Source of the DNA: Gemmatimonadota bacterium
Lineage (GTDB): Bacteria; Gemmatimonadota; Gemmatimonadetes; Gemmatimonadales; GWC2-71-9
Reading direction: 5' to 3'
Length of the DNA stretch: 17,489 nucleotides
Assembly: GCA_039586365.1 (NCBI GenBank)
Contig: JBDHKN010000095.1
Span: 1 to 17,489 of the forward strand
Made by a program: the position numbers and the translations under genes
The notes under the pieces: generated by a model
The model's database searches: none
Told to the model about the DNA's origin: nothing
What the model saw: the letters and a program-made list of their open reading frames with translations, nothing else
In this document: positions 16,500-17,489 of the stretch, piece by piece
How the letters are laid out: each line of letters starts with the position of its first letter
Numbering within the stretch: position 1 is the stretch's first letter

Positions 16500-17196
16500 C
16501 TACGGACGCATCTGGGCGACCGCTTTGTGGCGGGTCCATATCACGATGGAGCACGCGCCGTAGCGCGCGGGAGCGGAACCCGCACTGTCATAGATCTCTA
16601 TCGCCAAAATGTCCAACGCATCTACTGCCTCATCAATAGGTACGTCAGCAATGAGGGGTATGTCGTCTATGTAGAAGCGTGGCCTGCCACACCGGAGCCT
16701 CAGTACCCTGCCCGATCCCGCCAAGAAACCGTAGTCCACGCGAACATGCGGCAGACCAACCATGAAGTCGGTGAACCGGTGCGCAAAGTAGCTCCGCTTC
16801 TCCACGGCGACCGGATCGAGATGGCGCCCCGTAGTCGCTCTTTCACGGTGATAGAACCCCTCCTTCTGCAGGTACCGCACGTGGGCATATTGCACTGCCG
16901 CCTCTGCTTGCACCACCACCGGGTCCATGCCGGTAGCCCAATCGCACGATAGATACGATAAAGGCACCCCAATCTGTGGCAGTGACCACAAACGTCCCAT
17001 CCCTTCGAGACACATCGCTTGCCACGGTGTCGCCATATGAGTCCAACAAGGTGACACGGGCGCTCGCGACTGGACTGCTGGTTGTCGAATCCCGGATCGA
17101 ACCACGTAGGGTCTGACCTACCGACCGGGAGGGTGGGAGTAGCGCTAGCGACAAGCCAAACAGCGCGCAGAGCGAAACAGCACGGCGTGGACTCAT
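16500..17196 (-). pseudogene. Split gene: signal + carboxypeptidase-regulatory-like domain + plug-like domain, frameshifted near 16930
   Basis: Frame 1 (from 17196): signal, GQTLRGSIRDSTT..PV.SA.V.L...DGTF...RLGY. Frame 2 (from 16928): DPVVVQA...GFY.R...C.PRFYID...I.AIEIY...APARY..C.IVIWTR. These are the two halves of one protein architecture. Confidence 0.75.
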
Positions 17197-17311
17197 AGAT
17201 CTAGCCAGCCCCAAAGACTGATGGGCTGAGACCTCTGCGCCGTCTGCGTCAGTTTCGCGTGGCCGGCACGCGCGATCGAAGCCAAGGTCATGTCCCTTGC
17301 GCCGTGGCCGC

Positions 17312-17489
17312 TCATATTGCGACCGCGAACGGATTCATTGCGTCTCCGATTATAAGCATGTCGACGCCAGCGTGTACCAGAACAGGCGCCAACACACTGC
17401 CCGTGTATCGCATGAGCCACCCCCACAATAAACCGAGGAGAAACACCACGATCACAAAGGCTGGCAACGCCGTGGTGAACTGAACACCC
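17312..17489 (-). CDS. CPBP family (CAAX/Abi) intramembrane metalloprotease, C-terminal part only
   Basis: Manual translation from 17488 gives GVQFTTALPAFVIVVFLLGLLWGWLMRYTGSVLAPVLVHAGVDMLII...AI*, containing the TGS..AP...H...D/N motif. Not in the ORF track. Confidence 0.8.
   Translation of the reverse strand, partial: GVQFTTALPAFVIVVFLLGLLWGWLMRYTGSVLAPVLVHAGVDMLIIGDAMNPFAVAI

Noticed and set aside
17193..17483. ORFs 17193..17426 (-) and 17259..17483 (+)
   Set aside because: They overlap the better-supported CPBP frame and have no recognisable features.

Overview
This is a GC-rich bacterial window. The gene repertoire is reminiscent of Gemmatimonadota, but that is an inference, not a demonstration. 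It has three blocks. (1) 1-3703 is a divergent signalling locus. A partial HD-GYP phosphodiesterase (minus strand, missed by the ORF track) shares a ~415-bp regulatory region with a plus-strand operon. That region carries repeated TGGTAC-N5-GTACCA-like palindromes and sigma54-like sites. The operon encodes a sigma54 enhancer-binding protein with a pseudo-receiver, a lipoprotein with a ZU5-like domain ending in an HFS autoproteolysis-type motif, and a stand-alone cytoplasmic TPR protein. (2) 3986-9126 holds two tandem secreted M14 zinc carboxypeptidase paralogs and a Gfo/Idh/MocA oxidoreductase. (3) 9160-17489 is a run of about 13 short, co-oriented, functionally unrelated minus-strand genes: DUF2914, CYTH, GNAT, esterase, NTF2-like, HAD, MGMT-like, a split CarboxypepD_reg/plug gene, a partial CPBP protease and several hypotheticals. 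Many are separated by ~115-165-bp imperfect inverted-repeat spacers, three of them clearly homologous, that look like eroded attC sites. This suggests a decaying integron cassette array with no integrase in the window. No rRNA, tRNA, CRISPR array or transposase was recognised.
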